A stretch of DNA of 63,961 nt, counting the filler, from Candidatus Tectimicrobiota bacterium (GTDB taxonomy: Bacteria > JACPSX01): NCBI GenBank assembly GCA_016193065.1. It is 7 parts of 7 records of this genome, joined end to end, with 100 filler letters (N's around TTAATTAATTAA, not from the genome) between each part and the next. Parts side by side here need not be neighbours in the genome. Positions count along the whole stretch, not along the records: positions 60,833 to 63,961 come from JACPSX010000083.1; 6 more parts are not named here. One strand, written 5' to 3'. The position numbers were made by a program, and so were the translations under genes. The stretch's first letter is position 1. Each line of letters begins with the position of its first letter. Positions 63,518 to 63,961 of this stretch are shown in pieces. The notes below the pieces were generated by a model. The model was not told the DNA's origin and did not search any database. It was given only the letters and a program-made list of their open reading frames with translations.

Positions 63518-63961
63518 CGAGCAATTGCTAGGCTCGACCCCCGGGGGGCACCGTTGGTCTCCCGAACGGCTTGTGGCGAGACAATGACGTGGGAGACCGG
63601 GGTACCCCTTGGGCACCCGCTCTGCGGGTACCCGGTAAACTTTTGCACGGGAGGGCGATTCCCGGTCGGTAGCTTTCCGCGTGCGAGGAGATTCGACTCC
63701 TCGGAGTGCGGCGCCTACAAAACTTCCTGCCTGTGCGGACACGCAGACAGGTAAGTCGCCCTACGGGGCACACCCGGTCTCTTTCTGCAACTCTGTCGGT
63801 TGCCTGCGGGGGCTACCTCCTCGGAGGGAGAGTACCGTGGAGGCCGACCTTCCCACCCTGAGCAAAACTGCCGGGAGCAGCGCAACACCCGCAAAGCGGG
63901 TACCCGCACCGGGAGCGGCCAGGGATGGGAAACCGCGCAGCCTGAACCTGCTTACAGATAG
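63518..63961 (+). ncRNA. Candidate large structured non-coding RNA of unrecognised family; may continue past the window edge
   Basis: No credible ORF; about ten hairpins, long-range helices and a loop-downstream complementarity (see findings); UACG and GAAA loops favour the + strand. Confidence 0.5.

Noticed and set aside
63706-63961. Group II intron 5' end (GTGCG after a hairpin)
   Set aside because: No recognisable domain I continuation, domain V or RT in the window, and the structure extends well upstream of the GTGCG; cannot be fully excluded because the window ends

Overview
This window is a concatenation of 7 contig pieces from a GC-rich bacterial genome, probably metagenome-assembled. 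The pieces are joined by six 100-nt spacers (N-run/TTAATTAATTAA/N-run), so adjacency across spacers is meaningless. Contig 1: trmFO-xerC-hslVU-argBDFG. Contig 2: a complex I operon with only nuoA-C-E-F-H-J, plus a TolC/MacB-type exporter and tandem MITEs. Contig 3: rhodanese/small protein/persulfide dioxygenase-like genes, prkA-yeaH-spoVR, Mut7-C, CIRCE-hrcA-grpE-dnaJ and anmK. Contig 4: peptide ABC permeases, seven tRNA genes (all four Ser isoacceptors among them), serS, alternative complex III (actABCDEF), tadA, a large Alu-type SRP RNA, dnaX-ybaB-recR, VIT1, DoxX/MarR and a sigma54-driven cupredoxin. Contig 5: liv ABC operon and aldehyde dehydrogenase. Contig 6: integron-integrase fragment, kup and acetone-carboxylase-like genes. 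Contig 7: AmgK-like kinase, mrp/apbC and a terminal ~450-nt non-coding, densely base-paired region. That terminal region is the best candidate for an undescribed element (a large structured ncRNA with a possible pseudoknot). Many housekeeping genes carry short deletions, some at microhomologies, or single in-frame stops; I read these mainly as assembly or consensus errors. All assignments are from motif recognition by eye; no database searches were run.
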